From: Curvularia clavata
Lineage: Eukaryota
Length of the DNA: 64,000 bases
Reading direction: 5' to 3'
Assembly (NCBI GenBank): GCA_023920165.1
Contig: CP089275.1
Coordinates: 1,798,001-1,862,000, forward strand
Numbering within the stretch: the stretch's first letter is position 1; every line of letters starts with the position of its first letter. This document shows, one piece after another, positions 41,039-52,137 of the stretch. The position numbers and the translations under genes are program-made. The notes under the pieces are model-generated. The model was given only the letters and a program-made list of their open reading frames with translations. It was not told the DNA's origin and did no database searches.

Positions 41039-42852
41039 ATGAAGTACAGCCTGATCGCCGCGCTCCCGGCTTTGGCCGCTGCGTCGCCCACCTTCTCGAC
41101 AGAGACGATTCACAAGGAGGCTGCTCCCGTGCTCTCGTCGACGTCGGCCAAGGAGGTGCCCAACAGCTACATGGTCGTCTTCAAGAAGCACGTCAAGGAT
41201 GCCTCCAAGCACCATGACTGGGTCCAGAGCGTCCACTCCAAGAACACGCAGGAGCGCATGGAGCTGCGAAAGCGCTCCAGCCATCTCCCCGTGAGCAACG
41301 AGGTCTTTGCTGGCCTCAAGCACACATACGAGCTCTCAGGCCTCAAGGGCTACTCAGGCCACTTTGACGAGGAGACGCTCGAGGCCATCCGAAACCACCC
41401 CGATGTAAGTTCCATCCTCGCCCCCTCAGTGGCTGCGTCCGTCGGACCAGGCAACAGCGCCTGGCTACATTCGGCCATCCGGCGCGTGGTCTCGAATCTG
41501 CTCCGCGCGCCTTGGCTCGGCGACCTGCTCCGGCCGCGCAATCAGTCGCAATTTCACGTGACATCTTCGACGGCCCGGTACCTGCATTGAACTTGGCGCT
41601 AACAGTAGCACAGGTTGACTACATCGAGCGTGACTCCGAAGTTCGCATCCTCGGTGGCGATGAGCCCTCCGTCGAGAACAACTCCCCCTGGGGTCTTGCC
41701 CGTATTTCGCACCGCGACTCGCTGAGCTTCGGCACCTGGAACAAGTACCTGTACGCCGCCGACGGTGGTGAGGGTGTTGACGTCTACGTCATCGACACTG
41801 GCACAAACGTCGACCACGTCGACTTCGAGGGCCGTGCCAAATGGGGCAAGACCATCCCCAACGGCGATGCCGATGAGGATGGTAACGGCCACGGCACTCA
41901 CTGCTCTGGTACCGTTGCCGGCAAGAAGTACGGTGTTGCCAAGAAGGCACACGTCTACGCCGTCAAGGTCCTCCGCTCCAACGGCTCGGGCACCATGTCC
42001 GATGTCGTCAAGGGTGTCGAGTTTGCCGCAAAGTCGCATTCCGAGGCCGTCTCTGCCGCTAAGAACGGCAAGAAGAAGGGCTTCAAGGGCAGCACAGCCA
42101 ACATGAGTCTGGGAGGTGGCAAGTCCACTACCCTCGACATGGCTGTCAACGCCGCCGTCGACGCTGGTCTCCACTTCGCTGTGGCTGCCGGTAACGACAA
42201 CGCCGACTCGTGCAACTACTCTCCAGCTGCTGCTGAGAACGCCGTCACCGTTGGTGCCTCCACGCTCTTGGACGAGCGTGCCTACTTCTCCAACTACGGA
42301 AAGTGCAATGACATCTTTGCCCCCGGTCTCAACATTCTCTCCACTTGGATCGGCTCCAACCACGCCACCAACACCATCTCTGGTACTTCGATGGCTTCCC
42401 CTCACATTGCCGGTCTCCTTGCCTACATGCTGTCGCTCCAGCCTGCTAAGGACTCTGCTTACGCTGTTGCCGACATCACCCCCAAGAAGCTCAAGGCTAA
42501 CCTCATCTCCATTGGTACCGTCGGTGCTCTCTCCGATGTCCCCAGCAACACTGCCAACGTCCTCGCCTGGAACGGTGGTGGTTCTTCCAACTACACTGAC
42601 ATCGTCGAGAAGGGTGGCTACACTGTCAAGAAGGCCGCTGCCAAGGACGAGGAGGAGTCTGAGTTCCGCATCACCATCCCCTCGCTCTCTGAGCTTGAGG
42701 ATGACTTCGAGAAGGCCAAGGAGTCTGCTGGCCGCAAGGCCCACCACGTCGGTGGCAAGCTCCAGCACCTCGAGGCTGAGATCGAGGACTTCATCGCCGA
42801 GGAGATGGAGTCCATGTTCGAGAAGGTCAAGGAGCGCATCGCCAGCCACTAA
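41039..42852 (+). CDS. PRB1: Vacuolar subtilisin-like serine protease (proteinase B / Alp2-type), 2 exons
   Basis: Signal peptide MKYSLIAALPALAAA and I9 propeptide. Intron 41405-41613. Catalytic triad in VIDTG, GHGTHCSGT and SGTSMASPH. KKKGFKGS insert and acidic C-terminal tail typical of vacuolar S8 proteases. Strong codon bias. Confidence 0.95.
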
Positions 42853-43477
42853 ATGGCAATGTCTTCGTAATTACACTGATGCATGTGATCTATTGCTATT
42901 TGATACGGTATGAATTAGGGTTTGGCGTCGGGTTTTGGCATAGGTCACGGTTTCTTATTTCATTAGGCACAATTTGATGCGCTGTACGCTACAGGAACGG
43001 ATAGGACATGAAACGCAAATCGAGATAGAGTAGGATATCTAAATGAATCTTGTCGTCTCTACCAAAGAGTGGTTGTCGCCCCTGATCGTGACGCGTGTGC
43101 ATGTGATAGTGGAACTGTACTAACCTGATGCGGAAATAAAGCACGTGGTTGCATAGGCGACGTGTTTAGTGACATGGCTAGAGCGTGCTAGCGGTACATG
43201 CAAGGTACCAGATGAAAAGCAAATGTAAGAAAAGAAAGCTCAAGAGCGGGCACCATAAAACAAAACAGAAGTGTGAACAATTCACGGAATGCAATAAGCA
43301 AAGCACATTCTAAAACAAAAAGGCATGTAGCTATGACGAGTGTCGAACCAGATTGTTTGCCAAATCCACACTCTTGGATTGCATGGTACCTACAAGTAGT
43401 CGAAAAAAGTACAGTCAAGTAGGCAGCGTGCTTGTACAGAGCATCCCAGCCGTCTCCACCACCTAAACCAGACACAA

Positions 43478-45518
43478 TCAACCGCCCTCCTCTCCACCCC
43501 TCTGTTGAATAATACTCGCTGCCTTCTCCCCAACCGCGTACATCGTTGCCTGTAGATGCTGCGCCGGCACAAGTGGTATAATCGACGCATCCACAACCGA
43601 TAACCTCTCCACCCCATAAAACAGCAGCTCATCCGAAACACATCCCCCCATCTCCTCTGGCATCATCGCACAGGTCCCTGACGAGTGTGAAAGTGTAGGC
43701 CACAAACTCCTGCTTTTGATTGCTTTTTCTAGAATCGCCTCGTCGGTCGTGTATTCTAGCCCTGGCGATGTTTCCACGAGCGAAAACTTGGAGAGGTTGG
43801 GCTGAGATAGCAGTTTGCGGATGTATCGCACGCACGAGGCTAGGACAGTCTTATCGATGGAGTTGCTGAAGTCGTTGTAGAAGACTCTGGGGGCTCCATG
43901 CGGGTTGTCAGGATTGATGGTGACGGTGCCGCGTGAAATGGGTTTTTCGAGGTCGATGATTTGGACGGCGGGGGAGCTGGTGATGGGGAACTCGGCGACT
44001 GCTGATTTCTTGCTCGAGTATAGAGTAGCGAGGATATCTCGCTGGGTGGAGAAGCCACGGAGCAGCTTTTGGCTGTGCTGGTAGAGTGGAGGCAGATATG
44101 CTTCGTTGCTGGGGCTGAGCACAGATTCAGCAATGAGACTGTATTGCTCGGGATCGATGTCTTGGAGTGGGATGAATGCGAGACTGTTGCCTCGGGCCAT
44201 GATCAACGGACCCGTCTTGTTGGCCTGGTATTGCGCCCACGCTGAAGCGTTGAAAGCAGGGTCGTTCCAGAATGTGGGATTGGGCTTGCTCATGTTGCTC
44301 ACGTTGAAGAGCAGGTTGGTGTACGGATGGTCTTGGAAATTCGCGCCTACGTCGTCGTGCGAGAGCTTGACAGGGATCCCAGCAGCTTCGAGTACGGATT
44401 GAGGTCCGATTCCGCTGAGTTGGAGGAGCTTGGGTGTGTTGAGTGCTCCGGCTGCTAGAATGACTTCTTTGCGCGCGTATACGATAGAGGTGCTGTTTGT
44501 CTTGTCGGTGGTCTTGACTCCAGTGGCAGTAAGGTTGTCACCATCGAAAACAATCTCAGTCGCTAGAGTCTCAAGTACGACATTCAAGTTCGAGCGCTGG
44601 GAGACGGGCTCGTAGTAAGAGTTTCGGGCGTGCGACCTCTCGCCAGTCAGAGGGTTCATGGAGTTAGGGAACCAAGCTGTTCCATAGGCATCCCCGTTGT
44701 CGCCGCTGTGAGCTGCATATACACCTGCACTTTTAAACGCCGCAAAATATTCCTTAACGTCAGGATATTGGAATTTTGTAATACCAATCTTCAACGGGCC
44801 CTTTCCGTACCCATTCATTGTAAGTTATTAGTAAGTGTTGCTACGAATAACTCCCACTTACACTTCAGAATCCCAAGTAATTTCAAATTCCTCAGTTGTC
44901 TCTTTCGACGGCTCGATAAACTCCGTCGACTTCTTCGTGAACGGAAAAAGTCCTTCCCATCCCCATCCCTTGTTTTCCAGAGCCTCCCAGGCGTCGTAAT
45001 CAGCAGCAGCAGCACGATCGTACATTAAGCCATTCACGATTGAACCACCGCCGAGCACTCGCGCAGCCTTGGCATCAAAAGTTCTGTCTCCAATTTCTGG
45101 TTCGGGCTCGGACTTGAAGCCCCAGAGGTGACTGGTGTTTACAGGATGGGACGCAGCATATGGCATGCGGATGTTGGGGTTGTCGTCTGCGGCTCCTGCT
45201 TCGATCACTAAAACCGTCTCTGTTGGGAATATCAGCATCGGCTTGAGTTTTTGAGCTCGAATGCAAGCGTCTAGTCAGCCCTTGGCTGTACATTCGTGTC
45301 GAGCATGCAACCCAGTATGAAAGCTACTAAACCGCCAACTTACTATTACTGTCCTCAGTCAGTCGATTCGCCACAACAAGCCCAGTAGCTCCACCTGCAA
45401 CGATAACATAGTCCCATGTGTTGTCTGTAAGCCTGGTATCCGCTCTGCCGCCATTTTTTGGAAGAGCAGTGGCAGAACTTAACAGCGCGGTTACAACCGA
45501 ATATGCGTTTGATATCAT
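43478..45518 (-). CDS. Secreted GMC (AA3) oxidoreductase, probably damaged (possible pseudogene)
   Basis: Exons 45518-45344, 45219-44862 and 44810-43478. DYVIVAGGATG, VLVIEAG, LGGGSIVNG, EVILAAGALNTPKLLQLSGIG, VGANFQDH, HSSGTCAM and VVDASIIP…HLQATMY motifs. The acceptor of intron 2 reads TGG instead of TAG. Confidence 0.75.
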
Positions 45519-46154
45519 GTTGAGAGACTGGTGCCGCTCTAGCCCAGGAAAACTGCATCCTCAATCGTCGGATATTCGCCTTCTTAAAGGTTCCTCTAAC
45601 CCCATCTACCGCTCGTCTAAAATACCTACCACGCTGCACTCGGGGGGGGGCGCGAGTCGCGGAACTACTACCGATGAGTTAATGCATGTTCTGCCGATAG
45701 CTGCGGTAACAAGATTCTGGTGCGGAGAAACAGACGCTGAAAGGCGTGAGAAACGATGATAATGTTGCATATTCCTGTAGTTTGCATAAACTAGTCATGG
45801 CGTGGTTGTAAGTCTGGGTCGTAGACCCACACATCGGCAAGGGGGCGTTACACAGGTTGGGATACCTACTTCCCCTCTCGTCAATGTTGCTATGCTTCTT
45901 TGCGTCGTAATTTTCTGCGCTTAGAGTCTTTTACGCATACAAAAACTTCTTGTGTGTGATAATTTTGCACGTAATCTGTTCTTCGGTAACAACAGCAACC
46001 TTTTGTCCTGTTGAAGGTGTACGGCCCGCTGTAGATACCAACTTTGTGTGACCTGTGTACATCTCGCCTCGCTTTTGCCTCACGCTCGCTACTCTACATT
46101 CCCGACCCGCTAATGCGGCATAACTAGTTACTCTTTGAGGTGAGTCAGGTAGTA

Positions 46155-46428
46155 TACTCGCTTGCACAATCGGCTTCCGGTATCTATACTTCGCGCCCTT
46201 TCTCACAGCAGGGGGTCAGCCTTGCTTAGCGGGAGCTATACCTCATACGTATCAGATCAACTTAAGCCGCCTAGGTCCTGCTAGTATCTGTGATATAATA
46301 TGCCTTTATCGCTAGATGTTCACAAGGGTACGGGTCGGCAGTCCTCCCTGCTAGGGTCGCTGGGATAGTTTCTTAGTTCAATGATGTTGAAGGGGCGAAT
46401 CTTCAACGTGCACGTAGCTCTAGAAGTA
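46155..46428 (+). repeat. Left inverted repeat (~274 bp)
   Basis: 46168-46240 matches the reverse complement of 49849-49921 at 70/73 nt (3 transitions). 46383-46408 matches 49653-49678 at 26/26. The middle part aligns with indels. Confidence 0.9.
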
Positions 46429-46669
46429 GCCATCTTACTACTTGAATTTAGGACATGCTCGAAGCTTCTGTGTCAAATCAATGTAGTATACAGTTATGCT
46501 CATCCCCGCCCCTCTACAAGATAGAGAAAATTATAATATGTATGAGAGCAGTCTACGTTAAGTCAACATTGTATCCCAAACGTGACAGATCTACGCACCA
46601 CGGCTACACATATGACCAGCTAAACGCAGAGCTAGTCAAGGTTTGGGGTGTGCAGCCCTCAACCTTAGG

Positions 46670-49143
46670 TCACTCCACGTTAACGTCGGCGCCCTTGTCG
46701 AGCAATAGCTTCACTACTGTCTCGTGGCCTCTCCATGAAGCCGCCTGGAGCGCGTTGCCGTAGTGTCCACTTTGGGCGTTAACGTCGGCGCCTCTGTCGA
46801 GCAGTAGCTTTACTACTGCCTCGTGGCCTCTAACTGAAGCTGCCTGGAGCGCGTTGCCGTAGCGTCCACCCTGGACGTTGACGTCGGCGCCCTTGTCGAA
46901 CAGCAGCTTCACCATTCTTTGATGTCCATGTTCTGCTGCAAGATATAGGAGAGTCTGGCCCTCGCTATCTCTTCTTTCTAATATGGATGCTGTCTCTCCT
47001 ACTTGGTTTAGGAGCAGGGCTTCTAATATAATGGCTAACCCGAAACGTGCTGTAAGATGCAATCCTGTACTGTCCTTGGGATATTCCTGGCTATACCCTT
47101 GATATGTGTATTTTGGTCGTAACAGTGCCTGCGTAGCGCAAGAAACCAACTCTTTGCAGGAAAGAAATGAGCAGGCTAGCTCATATATATCACCTTCCAC
47201 TGTTAACGCATGCTCTCCCCAGTGCTTGGCAGTATAGTCTAAGAATTGGCTTGCTCGAAGCCTCTCTTCAAATTCTTCGTCAGAGGAGCATCTCCCAGTT
47301 TTAAATATGCTGAATGATAGGTACGTGAGACATTTCGAGGCTATATGTAGTTGAGCGCCTGGATTCTATGTATCTCGGATACGTTCAAAAAATTCTTGAG
47401 TGGTATAATGCACAAGACGGATAATAGCACTTTCTTGGTCAACGACGACCAGTCCAGCACACACGGATAATAGATCCTCAACATCAGGTATATTCTTAGG
47501 ATCGAGCTCTGCCTCGTCCGGCTCTACTGCTAGAGTACAGCAGATCTCTGTCGTGGTAAGCGGCCGTTTCGCATACGTGATTTATGACAGTACTCTTTTG
47601 GCTAGTTCGTAATCTCCGCTTAGCTGGTACTCTATGTGATAGATCGCCTCCTTGTATGCGTCATCAAGTGCGGCCGAGCCTTTGGAGAGCTTTGCTAGTG
47701 TTGACTTTATGTCTTTCGCCGTTCTCTTGTCTAGCAGCGAATCAGTGTAGAGGCAAGCAAGAAGAAACCTAAGAATGTGTAAGTCCGCGTTATATTACAA
47801 GTTGGCTAGAAGAAACATGCATGCCGTCTACCGCCTTTATGATCTTTTCCTGGATAAACTTCTGTAGTATACGGTCACGTTGAATACACTTTGGTAGTCG
47901 ATATATCTGGCCAGCCACGAATTGCTTCACATCCTCTTCACTAGCCTGTACTTCTAGCTTTAGCCCTTCCTTAAACCAGTCCACAATTTCTGGCATAAAA
48001 CGCGAGGTGGCCATTAGGCGAACGTCACGTCCCGCCTGAAGATCGCGGAGTTTGGCTAGAAACTGGCGCCGAGTGCCGTCGCTGTCTATACATTCATCTA
48101 GAGCATCGACCATAACATAGATAGTAGAGTAATGTGCAAGTACATCTCGGAGTGCGCTAAAGACCTTATCAGGCGAGGGCCTGGTTCCTCTGTTAGTATG
48201 CTGTTTGTGCAACCGTTCCATAGGATCCACTAGTGACAGTCGAGCCTGCACCAGCTGTTTAAGGATAGCTGCCAACATCCTCGAAGTATCCTGCTCCTCC
48301 TGAGCCTTGTAGTTGCAGTACACGTAAGCAACTCCAACTCTATGTAAGCTACTCTGCACTGATTTCAACAGGTAGTCGATCGCGATGGCGGCTACCATGG
48401 TCTTGCCAGCTCCCGGGATACCTAGGCAAAAGAGTGTTGCCTGGTATTCACTGAGCTACGTAGTCACCTGAGGCGCATCTAAAAATCATTGGCCTGTTCC
48501 CTCCTGTCTGCGATTTATAATGTCGGATTGTTGTGCGGGGTAGTCTGAGGGAGAGATTCATTCTAGAATCCTGCGGTGCTTCTCGGCGTCTTGATCTTGC
48601 CTGATCTCTTCTACACCCGACTGGATAACAGGTACGTGCGTCCGGGTGAAGTGAGTATCGTCTTTGATAGCTTGGGAGAGTTTGCTTTAGGATATAAGTA
48701 ATAACGCTTTACCATCCTAGTAGGGAAGCTTATAAGAGGTCCATCTGCAACGCGATCTCTATAAGCGACTTTAAACGCTCTATTCGATCTAATATACTAG
48801 CAATCTCCTCTTTCTTAAACTTCCACACGAGCGCTTTACCTACATTCTTCAACCGACCTCCATCTGTAATCTTAGTCTGCAGCGCTTCAAGCGCCTGCTT
48901 GAACTGGTCGAATGGGCCCTCAGAACCTGCGAGCTCTGCGATAGAGGTATACCACGGCTGGCTTAGATCTCCTGTCTGGACGTGATCTCGCAAGTCGCGA
49001 AGTAGAGCGGAAAGGTTCGATATCTCAGCCTCGCAGTGCGAGCGTTCTTTCGGGGCATCTCTAACGTCGCTTAGGTACTCGAGGACCTTGGCTGAGAGCT
49101 GGAGAACTGCGATGATGCTGGCTGCGACGCTGAGCGGATCCAT
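46670..49143 (-). pseudogene. Fungal NLR (STAND) pseudogene: HeLo-like/SesA-type N-terminal domain + NACHT + ankyrin repeats
   Basis: MDPLSVAASIIAVLQLS…LVWKFKKEEI N-terminal domain, Walker A GIPGAGKT (~48399-48422), Walker B VDALDEC, GMFLLA, RPLT…[10 protein letters not shown] and GNALQAAS ankyrins. Five Trp-position stops: 48558-60 TGA, 48486-88 TGA, 48456-58 TAG, 47582-84 TAA and 47366-68 TAG. The first intron donor is mutated (ATAAGC). Confidence 0.92.
46681..46914 (-). repeat. 99-bp-period ankyrin-coding tandem repeat (~2.4 near-identical units)
   Basis: Units start at 46681, 46780 and 46879 (t[a/g]acgtcggcgcc…) and encode GGRYGNALQAASVRGHEAVVKLLLDRGADVNAQ / SGHYGNALQAASWRGHETVVKLLLDKGADVN. 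Confidence 0.85.
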
Positions 49144-49629
49144 GTCATGTAATCGACATAGGCGGTAGATGCGTGTTGAAGGGAGGCGGAAATGGAGGAC
49201 GATGGCATTGTCTAGGCGGAGGAGCTGAAGCGGGAGCGGAGGGCTGAGGGATTGCGGCTGCAGCAAGGCTGAACAGCTCGTCGTGCTGCGCCGCACCTTA
49301 TCGACAACACCTTATTGTCATCACCTCAGCGCTTCTCCACTAATGAAGCACGTGAGGCCACAATATAGCTTTGGGGCTAACGCATTTCCAAAATCTGTAA
49401 GGTAATCTATCTATTGTGTCAGTCATCAGCGCCTCGATCGAGCACCTTAGAGTAACTCAGCTGGCTCGAAGCTACTCTAATGAGGTTAATTATCTACGAT
49501 TAAGGGTGCGGGTAAGGCTAAACTGCTAGGAGCAAGAACTTAGCCACAGGCAAAAAAGTGCACTAATCGCTGCGGCGTGAGCATTAGCCTCGTAATCGTC
49601 CTAGCCAAGTAACGGTAGATCGGCTATAA

Positions 49630-49934
49630 TACTTCTAGAACTACGAAGTTGGCGTTGAAGATTCGCCCCTTCAACATCGTTAAACTGAGGAGCTCCTCCA
49701 GCGACGCTAGTAGGGAGGATGGCTGACCCGGCTACAGGGTTGTGAGCTTTCCGGTTATTAAAGAGTATCATATTACGGAGTACAGATAACGACTCGCAGG
49801 AGCTGGGCGCCTTAGGCTGATCTACAGCGTATAAGGTAGTTAACTAGTTATAGCTCCCGCTAAGCGAGGCTGATCCCCTGCTGTGAGAAAGGGCGCGAAG
49901 TATAGATACTGGAAGCCGATTATGCGAGCGAGTG
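49630..49934 (-). repeat. Right inverted repeat (~305 bp)
   Basis: Reverse complement of 46155-46428, with a 12-nt insertion (gttaactagtta) at a TA near 49838-49850. Confidence 0.9.
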
Positions 49935-50522
49935 TAATTACCAAAGCACGTAGAGCTTTGTACGAATCCCATGTCTCCCTGGTTGTGTGACTTCAGATAG
50001 GTACCCATTGCTTCTTCAAAGTCGACTGGGCGGACCCTTTTCACGTCATTTGAGCACGTCATATCAATTTAGGCTCTAGAAAAGCCTTCTGTAGCAGGAA
50101 TTCTTAGTCTGTGTCGTTCCCCAGATCATCATGGGCCAGTGCTGCGGCACAGTCGACCGAGGTCAGGGATGCTACATCCTGAGTAACCATTCACAAGAGC
50201 CATCGCTACTATTTCTTCCACGTGATCCAAAAAATCAAATTCTCGAATGCATAGCACACATTCCATCGTTTGAAACCCCTGTGGCAATCCTGAAAATCAC
50301 GGAAATGCATCCCTTTTACAGCCCGACCGTGGCTATCGCAAGGCTGGTCTCCGTACTATGCTGTCGGGACATGGGCCCTAACCTGGTATTTGGGACAGTT
50401 TAAGATGCTATATGAATCAAGAGAGTGAATTCACCATGCTCTTTTGTTCTGCTGACCAGTTTTCTTGCATAGTTGTCCTTTCACGCTTCTTGTTCGTGCT
50501 TCTTTCCAGGGTTGCCTTCACC

Positions 50523-50803
50523 ATGGCAGAACACCAGAACGACTGGCCCCATCGCCGCGTTACCATTCTCGCTCCAAACACCGCTCTCGTCATCATCAGC
50601 ACGCTTTTCGCTATGTGGCGTGTGATCTACGGGATCAAGACCAAACGCAAGGGCATAATATGCGACGTTCTTCTCTCCGTTGCAGTCGTACGTACATACA
50701 CTCTCCAACAAAAACAACTTACATCCTAACTGTCCTGTTGCAGATACTAAACATAGCATCCATCATCATCCACTTCAAATCACAGCCCACCATGGGAACA
50801 TGA
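50523..50803 (+). pseudogene. 5' remnant of an integral membrane protein gene (PTH11/rhodopsin-domain-like), truncated
   Basis: MAEHQNDWPHRRVTILAPNTALVIISTLFAMWRVIYGIKTKRKGIICDVLLSVAV, then intron 50688-50743 (GTACGT…CTAAC…CAG), then ILNIASIIIHF… and a stop after only two TM helices. The family call is tentative. Confidence 0.45.
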
Positions 50804-51227
50804 GAACGACAAAATGAACTCTCAACATCTCCAGTTAGACAAAAACGTGTTCTTAGCACCCTACTCTTCAACCAGGGTACATACGTCTTAGTGTACCACA
50901 AAAGACTGCGTCCATCAACTCCACTAAGCTGCACTGTTTTCAGCTCTTAGGGAGAGGGGAGAAACATTAAACTTGTCCATCTTTATACCACTGACTAGAC
51001 AACAATCTAAGTCTTCAACGCGAGACGAAATGGTTTCATCCCGCTATTTCAGCACACAAAGAGATCGGCTGGGGCCACCATGCATTCCATAGTTGAAGGT
51101 CAATGTTGCCTAGAAGGTATTATTTCAAGGCATTTGGACCTTCTTTATCAATTTCTCCTACAACTCAGAGTCGCGACCACCACATAGTGCTCCTGCATGG
51201 TATCAGCAACCAGCTTTACCAACAACG

Positions 51228-51930
51228 ATGGCGCCCCATTTACTCAGTCTTCCAGCCGAGACACGCGACCTCATCTAGAAATACGCCCTGATCGGGGAAG
51301 ACAATACCCTCTACTATCATGAAGATCAGCGCAGCACTGGCCGGCTGTTCCTGGAAGAGAAAGTACCGGACATGATGTTCGAGACCGTGTTGAAATACTT
51401 TGAATCTGGGATCGGACAGCCCCCAAACAGATACTTCGATCAAGTTTCCAAAAAGGACAAAGTCGAAGCTCATGCGACTCATTCCCAATCAGCTGCAATT
51501 CGTCTGTTGTCAGCTGTGCCTTGAGACTAGAGGGCTCAGTATGAAATACAACTCGAGCACATTGAACCAGCGCCACTCCGATACATCGAGGGCGCCGCAT
51601 TTGTTGCGCGCGGTTTTTGAAAAAGATATTCTCTCGCCCATTTACAAGTGTACGAGCGAGAATCTCACGGACTGCTACTTATGCCGGCTTTGCCACTGGA
51701 CTTTTCGGAGCATGTACAAGTACAATGGTATCCTGGCCCCGTCTTTCTTCCGTGAAGTCCCGTCCAGTTTTCGTTTCTATCCCTGCATGGCAAAGTTTGA
51801 TGAAGAACTCTTTGGGATTTTTGTTGAGATGCAGAATGTTTATCTGAGTAATTCTATGAAATATGGATCCCCGATTGATACAGATACTTTTGTGGCCTGG
51901 GCCAAGCATTGGCGGGAGAACGGTGTGTGA
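51228..51930 (+). pseudogene. Relic of an F-box-like ('LLSLPAE.R..IW') hypothetical protein gene
   Basis: MAPHLLSLPAETRDLI*KYAL has TAG at 51276-78 where Trp is expected. After a frameshift, the ORF 51400..51930 frame carries NQLQFVCCQLCLETRGLSMKYN, resembling a common fungal hypothetical family. Confidence 0.55.
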
Positions 51931-52137
51931 GGAAGGGTACGAATTGTTTAGAGTGAACAATACTAGAAGAAGATGAGACCTCCTCACAAAATGTACATTA
52001 ACCGGCTTCTTATCAATGAGTACTTCATATCTAACGATCAGTAATATGGTTGTCCCATACCAAACATTTCCATCATACTTCGTACATTACACTAACAAAA
52101 ACAGCGCTAAAATGCCAATCAAATAAAACACGCCCTC

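Larger units (their letters stand above)
46155..49934. mobile_element. Putative non-autonomous DNA element (~3.8 kb) with long terminal inverted repeats carrying an NLR gene
   Basis: 46155-46428 is the reverse complement of 49630-49934 (imperfect). TA lies at both outer edges (46153-54 and 49935-36). The interior holds only a RIP-damaged NACHT-ankyrin gene and no transposase. Confidence 0.6.

Noticed and set aside
41599..42913. 416-aa antisense ORF (41599..42849) and 265-aa shifted-frame ORF (42116..42913) over PRB1
   Set aside because: These are expected shadows of the strong C-ending codon bias of a highly expressed gene; no recognisable protein features.
46139..49951. 8-9-bp target-site duplication (MULE/hAT) or TG…CA LTR ends for the inverted-repeat unit
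   Set aside because: The flanks (ggtgagtca vs aaagcacgt) do not match, and the repeats are inverted without TG…CA termini. Only a TA duplication is supportable.
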